Origin: Vicinamibacteria bacterium
GTDB taxonomy: Bacteria; Acidobacteriota; Vicinamibacteria; Fen-336
Reading direction: 5' to 3'
Length of the DNA: 64,000 nt
Assembly: GCA_963578825.1 (NCBI GenBank)
Contig: CAUZDW010000007.1
Span: 28,449 to 92,448, forward strand
How positions within the stretch are numbered: the stretch's first letter is position 1; every line of letters starts with the position of its first letter. The notes under the pieces were generated by a model. That model ran no database searches. It saw only the letters and a program-made list of their open reading frames with translations, and was not told the DNA's origin. A program made the position numbers and the translations under genes. Shown piece by piece: positions 42,236-51,023 of the stretch.

Positions 42236-43309
42236 TCATAGGAACTGCTCGATTCCCAGATCCCGGGCAATCGTACCCAACTGCTCGATTACGACCGGGC
42301 TGATCGGGATGCCGTGAAGCTGGCGGTCGGCCTGGTGCGCCTTTTCCGGATCACCGGGAACCAGGACCGCTACGTCCGGGTCCTGCCGCGGTTGGTGGCG
42401 GATGCGATCGGCCAATTCCTGCATCCTTGTTTTGAAGCGACCGGGTTCTTCGAAAACGTCGATGCGTAACGCACCGTAGAACTGACCAAGCTGACGCTTC
42501 TTGGACATGGGGTCCCTGAACATATCGGAAACATCGTCACCCGTCGGCATGCCGGTCAGCAGGCCGCTCAGAATGTCGACCATCATGGCAATCCCGAAGC
42601 CTTTGTAATCGCCAATCGGGAGCAGCCGGGCGACTTGATCGGGGTCCCTTGTCTCGATGCCTTGCTCGTCCGCGCCGCAGCCCGGTGGCAGCTCGAGGCC
42701 CTGTTCGCCATAGACGCGGATCTTGTTCGCACTCATGAATGTGGTCGCGCCGTCGTAACAGAAAGGGCCCTCGTCAGCCATCGGTGCAGCCATGCAGACG
42801 GGATTTGTGCCAAAGAAGGTCCTGGTGGCATTGGCAGAACGCATCGTCGGCGTGGCATGAGTGTAAGCCGTGCCGATCATGTCGTCCGTGCACGCTTCGA
42901 GCGCGAAGTAGGCCATGGATCCGCAATGACTGGAATTGCGCACGGCAACGTGACCCGATCCGGCCTCCCGGGCCAGTGCCATGGCGTGCTGCATGGCGCT
43001 GATGCCCGCCGCGTGGCCGAATCCGTGATCGGCGTCAAGGCGTCCGGTCGATGCGCTGGTCTGCTCGAAGCGAAACTCCGCCTTCGGATTGATGCGCCCG
43101 CCTCTGACTGCCTCTAGATAATGCGGCAGGAGGCGAAGCCCATGGGAGTCCACGCCCCGCAATGATGCAAGCCAGAGGCCCTTTGCGGTTGCCTTCGCCG
43201 CGCTTTCTTCCACCCCGGATCTAAGGAGGGCTTGCTCGACAAAAGCATGGACGCGATCGGCTTGATAGCGTCGCTGGCCATCATCCGGGTTCCGGCTCTT
43301 CCCATTCAT
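42236..43309 (-). CDS. Ldh_2 family oxidoreductase (malate/lactate/ureidoglycolate dehydrogenase-like)
   Basis: LRGVDSHG, LDADHGFG, RNSSHCG, FGTNP, YKGFG, VPGD.E. Confidence 0.9.
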   Translation of the reverse strand: MNGKSRNPDDGQRRYQADRVHAFVEQALLRSGVEESAAKATAKGLWLASLRGVDSHGLRLLPHYLEAVRGGRINPKAEFRFEQTSASTGRLDADHGFGHAAGISAMQHAMALAREAGSGHVAVRNSSHCGSMAYFALEACTDDMIGTAYTHATPTMRSANATRTFFGTNPVCMAAPMADEGPFCYDGATTFMSANKIRVYGEQGLELPPGCGADEQGIETRDPDQVARLLPIGDYKGFGIAMMVDILSGLLTGMPTGDDVSDMFRDPMSKKRQLGQFYGALRIDVFEEPGRFKTRMQELADRIRHQPRQDPDVAVLVPGDPEKAHQADRQLHGIPISPVVIEQLGTIARDLGIEQFL

Positions 43310-43317
43310 GCGTGATG

Positions 43318-44673
43318 TCACGCGCGAGTCACATCGAGGTACGTGATCCATGCGACTCGAGCAGCCATAAAGCCTATTGTGAGCACGCTGATCCAGAGAA
43401 GAAGGTCAAATCCTTTTGTGGGCGTCAGCGCCGGGTCAGTGCTTCGATATCTGAAGACCAGCGCTTGGTAGGCGACCACCAGCAGGAAGACGGCGTTGGT
43501 CACGCCGAGGACAACCACCAGTGCGATTGGCTTCCGCACCGCGATGTACGAAAGACACCAGACCAGCGGCATCACCCAGGCCAGAATGGCCAGTAGCCGC
43601 TTCCGGGTCGCGGTGTTCGACGAATCGCAGAGGCCGGAGATCCCGAAGAAATCGACCCACAACCTGGAATGGCCGGCGAGATTTGAGAAGGCGGTCGAGA
43701 ACAAGACCAGGAAGGCGCCCGCCATGAACAGAGTGAGCGTTTGCCTGCCGATCACATCGGTGAAGATCTGCGACAACTGCCGTATCACGTTGCTCCCGTC
43801 AACCACATCACCCTGGGGTTGCAACACGGCTGCGCCGAGAAGATAGAAGGCAATTGTGGCCAGAGTGTAAACGGCCAACGAGACGAGAGCATCGTACTTC
43901 ATGACACGCATCCAGCCACGAGCCCTTGCGGCCCACTCGGCAGATCCGTCTCGCGGTCCTGTCCAGGCGGCATAGCCCTTCTCAATGCACCAGGAGGGAT
44001 AGACGAAGATCTCGCCCGCCGACAGTCCCGTGATGCCAAATGCCGTCAGCGCAAGAGTCAGAGACTCTGGCGGCATCTCCAGCGAAAGACCGTCCGCGAT
44101 GCTTTTCCATCCAAACGCGAATTCGGTGCGCTGCACAGCGAAGATGCAATAGAGCACTAGCGACGTGAAGAGCACGTTGAACACGGTCGCGAGACGTTCG
44201 ATGTGTCGGTAGGTCCCTCGAAAGACCAACAGCGCCAGCACGACGGCAATAGCCGCAGCGACAACGTCCGTGGGAGCGTTGGGAACCGCGTACTGAGCCG
44301 CCTGGGCCGCCCCGCCCAGCACACCGCCCTGGCCAACCAGCATGCCGAACAAAAACAGGACTCCGAAATAGACGGACCAATGGAGGCCGAAAATCCTGGC
44401 TCCCCGTCCCGCATTCCAGGCTTTGAAGGACGCCTGCCCACTCGCGATCGCCTGGCGGCCGTACTGCAGTTGCACTGCGACCTTGAGAAAACAGCCGAGG
44501 AGGATCACCCAGAGCACGGCAAAGCCCGCCTTCGCCCCGAGGGTGGTCGTGGCGATGAGTTCGCCGGAGCCTACGATAGCCGCTGAGAGGATCAACCCGG
44601 GGCCGAGGTATCTGAGCGACGCGAAGAATCCGCGGGGAGGATCGAGGAAAGGCGGGGTACGGTCGATATGCAT
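43318..44673 (-). CDS. Nramp-like/YcsG-like membrane transporter
   Basis: LGPGLILSAAIVGSGELIATT, GITG, YPSWCIEKGY; about 11 TM helices. Confidence 0.8.
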   Translation of the reverse strand: MHIDRTPPFLDPPRGFFASLRYLGPGLILSAAIVGSGELIATTTLGAKAGFAVLWVILLGCFLKVAVQLQYGRQAIASGQASFKAWNAGRGARIFGLHWSVYFGVLFLFGMLVGQGGVLGGAAQAAQYAVPNAPTDVVAAAIAVVLALLVFRGTYRHIERLATVFNVLFTSLVLYCIFAVQRTEFAFGWKSIADGLSLEMPPESLTLALTAFGITGLSAGEIFVYPSWCIEKGYAAWTGPRDGSAEWAARARGWMRVMKYDALVSLAVYTLATIAFYLLGAAVLQPQGDVVDGSNVIRQLSQIFTDVIGRQTLTLFMAGAFLVLFSTAFSNLAGHSRLWVDFFGISGLCDSSNTATRKRLLAILAWVMPLVWCLSYIAVRKPIALVVVLGVTNAVFLLVVAYQALVFRYRSTDPALTPTKGFDLLLWISVLTIGFMAARVAWITYLDVTRA

Positions 44674-44889
44674 GGACGGTCCTTGCTGGTAACAGAAGGC
44701 GTCAGCCTGCGACTGCCACGCCGTCCTTCAATACGGCTTTCCTAACACGGTCTGTCCGGCGCTGGCCTTGTCGAACCTTCACGACCCGTGCCCTCCGCCG
44801 CGGACATTCTGGTGTCCCGGCCGCGATCATTGAGGTAGAATGCCCCGACGGTGTCCCCGTCTCTCCGGGACCAGCGGGAACACCCCGAA

Positions 44890-45756
44890 ATGAAAACACT
44901 GCCGCCACTCATCTTCGTCTTCGTGATCGCGCTATCGTCCGTCGAGGCTCAGACGATACGCCGCGACATCCCGTACGTCGAGTCAGGACACCCGCGCCAG
45001 GTGCTCGACCTCTATGCGCCGGCCGGTGCGAAGGGCCTGCCCGTGGTCTTCTGGATTCACGGCGGAGGATGGCAGGCGGGGGACAAGTCGAGCGTCGCAC
45101 GGAAGCCGCAGGCGTTCATGGACAAGGGATTCGTCTTTGTCTCCACGAACTATCGACTCCTGCCGGGCGTCGATATGGGGACCATCGTGCGCGACATCGC
45201 CAGGTCGATCCGTTGGGTGAACCGCAACATCGCAGAGTACGGGGGCGATCCGGAGCGTCTCCTGATCATGGGTCATTCCGCCGGGGCGCAGCTCGCGGCG
45301 CTCATCTGTACGGATCACCGGTACCTGGAGGCCGAAGGGCTCTCGCCGTCGATTCTCAGGGGCTGTGTGCCGGTCGATGGAGACACCTACGACCTTCCAG
45401 CGATCATCATCACCGAAGAAATACGTCGCCACGCCCACGGTCTGCTCCCGGCGAGATTCGGTCACCGCGAGAAGTTCGGCAACGATCCCGAGAAACATCG
45501 TGAGTTCTCGGCGGTGACTCATGTCGCGAAGAGCAAGGGCATCCCGCCGTTTCTGCTCGTCTATGCCGAAGGGCATCTCTATACGGGCGCTCAGGCGCAG
45601 CGGCTCGGCTCCGCGCTGGGTGAAGCTGGCATTCCGGTGAAGCTCGTCGGCGCCAGGGACACGAATCACAACAAGCTCAACGACGACCTCGGCCGGCCGG
45701 ACGATCCCACCACGACGGTGCTGTTCGAGTTTGTCGCGGAGGCGCTGAACGAGTGA
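44890..45756 (+). CDS. Secreted alpha/beta hydrolase (esterase)
   Basis: LDLY.P, IHGGGW, GHSAG nucleophile elbow. Confidence 0.9.
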   Translation: MKTLPPLIFVFVIALSSVEAQTIRRDIPYVESGHPRQVLDLYAPAGAKGLPVVFWIHGGGWQAGDKSSVARKPQAFMDKGFVFVSTNYRLLPGVDMGTIVRDIARSIRWVNRNIAEYGGDPERLLIMGHSAGAQLAALICTDHRYLEAEGLSPSILRGCVPVDGDTYDLPAIIITEEIRRHAHGLLPARFGHREKFGNDPEKHREFSAVTHVAKSKGIPPFLLVYAEGHLYTGAQAQRLGSALGEAGIPVKLVGARDTNHNKLNDDLGRPDDPTTTVLFEFVAEALNE

Positions 45757-45904
45757 TCTCCTCCTGGCGTTCGGATCACTCCAGAAGATGTCCGATTCAT
45801 AGGAATTTCAATTTTTGAGCCCTGTCCTGGCGGGCCCTGACGGAGTCGCGAGAGGCTCCACGGGTGGTCTTGCTGTGAGTCGGGCAACCCCGAGGGCAGA
45901 GGGT

Positions 45905-46084
45905 CACCTTGAATGCCACTTTGAATGTCATCCCTGTTCAGGGCTGTCCGCGACGCCTTCTCGCGGCCTCCTCCTGATGTGTCGCCTGTGTTCATCAGTG
46001 CTTGTGACTGTACGGGCGTAACGCACGCAAAATCAACAACTTAAAAATCGGCCAGTCCGGGTTCGAGTCCCGGCACCAGCACCA
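45905..46084 (+). repeat. att unit 3: 134-bp arm + tRNA-Leu 3' half (46039-46084)
   Basis: CACCTTGAATGCCACTTTGAATGTCATCCCTGTTCAGGG...ACTTAAAAATCGGCCAGTCCGGGTTCGAGTCCCGGCACCAGCACCA. Confidence 0.95.
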
Positions 46085-46157
46085 ACCTTGGGATTCCCGG
46101 CACTGCCCGGCCATGACGTACAGTAGTTATGCGTCAATGGTGAGTTCCCGGTCGAGG
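46082..46157 (+). repeat. 76-bp cassette-leader repeat, copy B
   Basis: Begins at the CCA of att unit 3; matches 41991-42066. Confidence 0.9.
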
Positions 46158-46330
46158 GCGACGCCACGACGAACCTGGAGGCTGTAGTCGCCATCGACTG
46201 GGCGAAGTTCTCATATGACTTTCCGAAGACCGACATCGAGATCACGTGGTTGCTCTTCCTGGGCTTGACCGACTTGGGGCGGTACCGAGTGGATTTGGAT
46301 GCACGGTTCGACCGCGAGCTCTGCAACGCA

Positions 46331-47989
46331 TCATTGCGCGCACGGTCTCCTCGTCGTTCTGACCCCAGATTCCCGCGATGCCGCACACCGGTCATACTCC
46401 CCCTCCTCCAACAACCCCCGGCCTTCTAGGAACTCTCGGGCGACCTCAGAGGGGCGGCGCTTCTTCCCGTCCACGTCGAAGTTGAGTCGCTGCATGGTCG
46501 CATCGTCGAGGAGACCAGCCACGAGCTCGAGTACGGAGCGCAACTCCGGATGGGCCTGGAGGACCTCGGTCCGGATCACCGGCGCGGCCTGGTAGGGGGG
46601 GAAGAACCCACGGTCGTCTCGCAGCGGCTGAAGGTCGAAAGCCACGATGCGCCCATCGGTGGTGAAGGCGCAGATGACGTCGACCTCCCGGTTCGCGATC
46701 GCCTGATACATGAGCGCTGGATCGAGGTCCCGCACGTCCCGGAACCGAATCCCGTAGGCCCGGCGCAGTCCGGGGTAGCCATCCGGCCGCGCGGAGAACT
46801 CGGCCGTGAACCCGGCTCGAAGCGTTCCGGAGAAGGGGACCAGGTCGGAGATCGTCCTGAGATTGTGTGAAGTGGCGTCCGATTTTCGCACCGTGACCGC
46901 GTAGGTGTTGTCGAAGCCAAACGGGCGGAGCCACTCGGCCGAAAAGCGCTGCCGGTACTCGCGGGCGACCATGGCGTGCGCCCGATCCGGGTCCGCGATC
47001 ACCGGCCGCTCGAGAATGGCGGTCAAGGCGGTGCCGGTGTACTCGGCGTAGAGATCGATGCCCCCGCTGGCAAGGGCCCCGTGGCAGATCATCGTCCCAC
47101 CGAGGTTGAAGCGCCGCTCCACATCGAGATCGGTGCGCGCCTCGATGAGCTGTGCCATCAGCTCCCCGAGGACCAGCTGCTCGGTGAAGTTCTTCGTGCC
47201 GACCCTGACCGTTCGCCCCTCTGCGGCAGAAGGCCCCCAGGGCTCGTTCGAGGAGGAGGTGCTCGCCGAGAAGTACGCGAAGACGCCCCCGACGATCAGG
47301 GCCACGGGCATCCCGAGCGCCACCGGGCGCAGGGCGCGGTCGAGCGCCGCCTTCAGCCGGGAACCCCGCGACCGCCTCCGGCGGAGGCCCCACTGAAAGG
47401 CTGCTATGGAGCCATCGACGAGGAGCGCGAGCACCGCGGCGGGAATGGCCCCGAGCAGGATCAGGTGAGTGTTGGACAAGGCCAGACCACGGTTGATGAA
47501 CTGGCCGAGGCCCCCGGCGCCGATGAAGGCCGACAGGGTCGCGATCCCGACGCCCACCACCGCGGCTGTGCGGATACCGGCCACGATTACCGGCGTCGCG
47601 AGCGGGACCTCGACGAGCCACAGCCGCTGGTGGGGGGTCATCCCGATCCCATGGGCCGCCTCCACCACCGCGGGGGACACCCCTTCCAGGCCCGTCAGCG
47701 TGTTGCGGACGATCGGAAGCAGGGCATAGAGCGTGAGGGCGATGATGGCGGGGATCGCGCCGATCTTCTGCAGCAACGTGAGGAGAATGGCCAGGATCGC
47801 CAGGCTGGGGATCGTTTGCAAGATGCCGACACCGCCGGTCAGCGGGCCGCGCAGCCAACCGATCCGGGCCGCGCCGATGCCCAGAGGGATCCCGACGAGG
47901 ATTGCCAGCCCCGTGGAGACGCCGGTCCGCAGCCAGAGCTCCGGCAATCGCTCCGAGACGAAGCCGAGCCAGGAGACCCCGGCCGTCAC
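46331..47989 (-). CDS. Glycine betaine/osmoprotectant ABC transporter, fused permease + substrate-binding protein (OpuBC/OsmF-like)
   Basis: LQTIPSLA, LLPIVRNT, GAGGLG, GTKNFTEQ, YAEYTGT, FGFDNTY, FFPPY. Confidence 0.92.
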   Translation of the reverse strand: MTAGVSWLGFVSERLPELWLRTGVSTGLAILVGIPLGIGAARIGWLRGPLTGGVGILQTIPSLAILAILLTLLQKIGAIPAIIALTLYALLPIVRNTLTGLEGVSPAVVEAAHGIGMTPHQRLWLVEVPLATPVIVAGIRTAAVVGVGIATLSAFIGAGGLGQFINRGLALSNTHLILLGAIPAAVLALLVDGSIAAFQWGLRRRRSRGSRLKAALDRALRPVALGMPVALIVGGVFAYFSASTSSSNEPWGPSAAEGRTVRVGTKNFTEQLVLGELMAQLIEARTDLDVERRFNLGGTMICHGALASGGIDLYAEYTGTALTAILERPVIADPDRAHAMVAREYRQRFSAEWLRPFGFDNTYAVTVRKSDATSHNLRTISDLVPFSGTLRAGFTAEFSARPDGYPGLRRAYGIRFRDVRDLDPALMYQAIANREVDVICAFTTDGRIVAFDLQPLRDDRGFFPPYQAAPVIRTEVLQAHPELRSVLELVAGLLDDATMQRLNFDVDGKKRRPSEVAREFLEGRGLLEEGEYDRCAASRESGVRTTRRPCAQ

Positions 47990-48748
47990 AGCATCCCACC
48001 GTAGGCGGTGAGCTGCCGGGCCGGCCGAGCGAAGAGCTCGCGGACGAAGCTCGTGGCGGGCTTCTGTAGGATCTCCTCCTTCGTTCCGACCTGCTCGAGG
48101 CGGCCGGCGTGGAGGATGGCGATCCGGTCGCCCAGGGCGAGGGCCTCGAAGATGTCGTGGGTTACGAAAAGACGATCGTCTTCTTCAGCCTCTCCTTGAG
48201 GGCGAGCAGCTCCTGCTGGAGCGTGTCACGGGTCAGTGCATCCAGCGCGCCGAACGGCTCGTCCATTAACAGGTACGCCGGATCCGCGGCCAGGGCACGG
48301 CCCCCCCCCACGCGTTGCTGCTCCCCCCCCCCGAGAGCTCCTCCGGGAATCGAGAGGCAAAGGTCTTCGGGTCGAGACCGAGGATCCGGAGGAGCTCGTG
48401 GGCTCGCTCCCGTCGCTTCGGACGCGGCCAGCCGAGGAGGCGCGGCACCATGGCCACGTTCTCCTCGACCGTCAGGTGGGGAAACAGCCCGATTCCCTGG
48501 AAGACGTAGCCGATCCTTCGGCGGAGGGAGGCCGGGTCCTGCCCTGCGATGGGCTCGCCATCCACCTCGACCGTGCCGGACGTGGGTTCGAGGAGGCGGT
48601 TTGTCAGCCTGAGAAGGGTGGTCTTCCCGCTGCCGGAGGAACCGAGGAGAACGAGGGTTTCGCCCTCGCGGATCTCGAGCGAGACGTCTTCCACCGCGAA
48701 GCCCCGGCCGCCATCGAAGGACCTGGAGACGCGCTCGAGAGAGATCAC
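47986..48748 (-). CDS. Osmoprotectant ABC transporter ATPase, with homopolymer frameshifts
   Basis: [24 protein letters not shown]. Frame breaks at the C9 runs (~48301-48331) and the A4 run (~48167); the VTHD switch motif is recovered after the shift. Confidence 0.88.
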
Positions 48749-48844
48749 GGTTCATCGAGCGGGCGAGACGGAACCCGCTTCACGACCAGAGGGCTGGGGG
48801 AAGACGCCGTCCTCGGTCCCCCGGCGCGCAACTCTTTCATCGGT

Positions 48845-49765
48845 TCAGCGGCGGATGTAGGCCGCGACCTCGGAATCGTCCTCGCGCTCCGACCGCGTCC
48901 TACTCATGTGCTCGAGCACGAGGGGGAACTGCCGTTCGGGAGCGGCGATGAACAGATCGGCATACTGCTTGCCCCGATCCTCCCACTCCCGCGTATCGAT
49001 GCCCTTGTCGTGGAGGATGGAGAGCACCTTGCGACACTCCTCGAGGTCGGCGAACCGCCTCTGGGGGAGCCGCACGCCCGGAACCGGCCCGAAGGTCAGG
49101 CCGTGCGCCTCGAAGACGTCCTTGATCGGCGACAGGTCGAACATGCGCAGGATCGTGACCACCGCAATGGGACCGAAGTCGGCAGGATGGTCCTGGCCTA
49201 GATGCGGCAGGATGGCCTCGAAGGTCCGCTTCGTGACGTACCCGATCGCCCCCGTGCTGATCAGGAGGTTGCAGCTCCGAAACCACGCGCACTCCTCGTC
49301 GTTCGGAATGGCGTCCGGCTGCTCGAAGTCCCGCGCGAGGCCACCGTCGAGGAGCCCAGAATCCACCGCGAAGCGGATTGCCGGCTTGGAGCTGTCGAGT
49401 CCCACCGCGCGCACGTCGCACGCCGGCGGCGTGACGTTGAGCCACATCCGCATCGCCTCGCACGCCGCCTGGCGCTCTTTCGGAGCGCGGGCCGAGAAGA
49501 AGGCCACCATCTCGTCAAAAGAGCATCCGAACCGGACGAAAGCGGCTCCCATCCCGTACGAGCACCCCACGTCGAGCATCTGAACGGGCCAGGCATCTTT
49601 GATGTGCTGTCGGAGCAACTCCGCGGCCGCCGTGCAGTAGGGGCGGGCCTGCTCGCCGATCTCGTAGCCGTTTCCCGCCATCGAGGCGATGTAGGCGTGT
49701 GGCGTGGGTTGGGTGTAGACGTCGTCGAAGCGGGCCTTGGCCTGATTCTCGGTGTCGTACCCCAT
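48845..49765 (-). CDS. Class I SAM-dependent methyltransferase-like protein
   Basis: FDDVY..P.P..Y, MLDVGCSYG motif I, GLDSSKPAI, STGAIGYV. Confidence 0.7.
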   Translation of the reverse strand: MGYDTENQAKARFDDVYTQPTPHAYIASMAGNGYEIGEQARPYCTAAAELLRQHIKDAWPVQMLDVGCSYGMGAAFVRFGCSFDEMVAFFSARAPKERQAACEAMRMWLNVTPPACDVRAVGLDSSKPAIRFAVDSGLLDGGLARDFEQPDAIPNDEECAWFRSCNLLISTGAIGYVTKRTFEAILPHLGQDHPADFGPIAVVTILRMFDLSPIKDVFEAHGLTFGPVPGVRLPQRRFADLEECRKVLSILHDKGIDTREWEDRGKQYADLFIAAPERQFPLVLEHMSRTRSEREDDSEVAAYIRR

Positions 49766-50403
49766 AGCATCACCTCAAAGAAGCCTCCGAGGACCGAAAT
49801 GACAGGTTATGGCGCGCCCGTGACCTAGCGGTCCGGCTCCCCTCCACCCGGCGGCCCTCGGACCTTCGGTCGTGGCGTCGATCGATCCCGTCTCCAAGAC
49901 CGGCTCAGCGTACGACCCTGCCAAACATCAGCGATGTGCGGGGGAGAAACTCTAAAAGACAGCCAAGCGTATCACAGAGGAGGACCTCTTTCAGGAGTGT
50001 GATCAGGGGTTCAGTGAGCGCGAAAATCTCCTTGGTTGCCAGTGACGACCGTTCCACAGATGGGGCCGCCGACCCATCGCACGCTGATACGCCGCCGGCG
50101 GGCGATGCTCGCCAGAACGAGCGTGAAGAGAGAACAAAAGGGCTCAGACAAAGTCCAGCACGAGGAGCCACAGCCCGCTGCCCATTAGCGCGGCCAGGGT
50201 CCAGAGCCGCTCCGTGCGGGCCTGCACGGCGAGGGTCACCAGGGCAAAGCGAGAGCAGGGTGCCGACCACCGCCAACGCGAGGAGCGTTCTGACCACCTC
50301 GCTTCCCCCGTCCCACGCTTGGGGGCGGAGGTCAGCGCTGGGGGGCAGGCGTCCGGCCGACGGCTCCTGCCGACAACTCCCCCTGTCTCCCGAGGAAGAA
50401 CGT

Positions 50404-50583
50404 CATTTTGAATGCCACCTTGAATGTCATCCCTGTTCAGGGGTGTCCAGGGTGCCTTCTCGGCGGCTGGTTTCGACCCGTCGGCTGTGTTCATCGGTGT
50501 TTGCAGGCGTCCATCTGTAACGTACGTAGAACCAACAACTTAAAATCGGCACAGTCCGGGTTCGAGTCCCGGCACCAGCACCA
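50404..50583 (+). repeat. att unit 4: 134-bp arm + tRNA-Leu 3' half (50538-50583)
   Basis: CATTTTGAATGCCACCTTGAATGTCATCCCTGTTCAGGG...ACTTAAAATCGGCACAGTCCGGGTTCGAGTCCCGGCACCAGCACCA. Confidence 0.95.
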
Positions 50584-51023
50584 CCCTACACGGCGAACCT
50601 TTCCGTCTCCCACCGGTCCTGAGCTGTCCCGGAACAGCGTGAATTCGCGAGCTCGCCACCAAGTTCGTCGCATTGACCCGCCTTGAGGAGCGTGTGGCGG
50701 CGCTCGAACGACGTACGCCTGAGCAAGGCGCGCCGCCCACTCTCCAACGGCGTACCTCCGGGCCCGTGCCATTCCCCAGGAGTGGGGAATCCCGGCAGAC
50801 GAGCTGCTTCGCTTGTGGAGAACCTGTGGAAACTCGGTCCGACCGAGTTTCCACAGCCCGGTCTGGCCCCGACAGGCTGCGCTGCGGCGTGGTCGGAGTA
50901 AGGTGCGCGTCTCGCCGGTCTCGGCGACGACCGAGGTGATAGAGTCCGCCGTGAACGCCGCACGTTCTCGCAGCGGAGCCGAGGATGTCGTCCAATAACT
51001 TGGACAATCAGGGGGGAAGACGT

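Larger units (their letters stand above)
37099..50583 (+). mobile_element. Tandem array of integrase-less cassettes at tRNA-Leu(TAA)
   Basis: Four tRNA 3'-half repeats with upstream arms delimit cargo segments; no integrase ORF is recognisable inside. Confidence 0.8.

Noticed and set aside
37865-50583. Repeats as a CRISPR array
   Set aside because: The repeats are tRNA 3' halves separated by kilobases of genes, not 30-40 nt spacers; no cas genes are present.
37731-50583. Classical integron (attC/intI)
   Set aside because: No intI, and I could not see attC-type RYYYAAC...GTTRRRY inverted-repeat hairpins; the boundaries are tRNA-derived with direct-repeat arms.
37865-50583. Four additional functional tRNA genes
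   Set aside because: Each copy lacks the acceptor 5' strand, the D-arm and the 5' anticodon stem.
50650-50720. Short coiled-coil-like peptide (TRLEERVAALERR) resembling the 36710 ORF
   Set aside because: Similarity is limited to generic heptad composition; there is no supportable homology or clear gene start.
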